Below are positions 63,972-64,000 of a stretch of DNA of 64,000 nucleotides, piece after piece. This DNA is from Eledone cirrhosa (taxonomy: Eukaryota), in NCBI GenBank assembly GCA_964016885.1, contig OZ024744.1, positions 122,636,001 to 122,700,000 of the forward strand. Direction: 5' to 3'. The notes below the pieces were generated by a model. That model had not been told where the DNA came from. It saw nothing but the letters and a program-made list of their open reading frames with translations, and ran no database searches. The translations under genes and the position numbers were made by a program. How positions within the stretch are numbered: position 1 is the first letter of the stretch; the number at the start of each line of letters is the position of its first letter.

Positions 63972-64000
<29 letters not shown>

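Overview
This is eukaryotic, AT- and microsatellite-rich DNA that is almost entirely transposon and repeat sequence. The SINE/LINE repertoire suggests a cephalopod such as octopus, but that is an inference. The only well-supported host coding sequence is one internal nucleoredoxin-like exon (2782-3066, minus strand). LINEs present: an RTE-clade LINE with an intact 1005-aa ORF (APE-RT-PHD finger), a decayed R4/Dong element, a full-length decayed L1/Tx1 element with a target-site duplication plus five truncated copies, a BovB-like RTE with three C2H2 fingers and two short derivatives, and CRE and CR1 fragments. Also present: a Penelope GIY-YIG fragment, Helitrons, a solo LTR, two SINE families and several minisatellites. 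Most interesting observations: (1) at least six hammerhead-ribozyme motifs, some with variant cores, alongside (TA)n-associated fold-back elements, suggesting a Penelope/retrozyme-like system; (2) an RTE subfamily whose 3' UTR appears to contain a captured SINE segment; (3) two 48-bp minisatellites that trace to transposon parts found elsewhere in the window. All calls were made by eye and boundaries are approximate unless stated otherwise.
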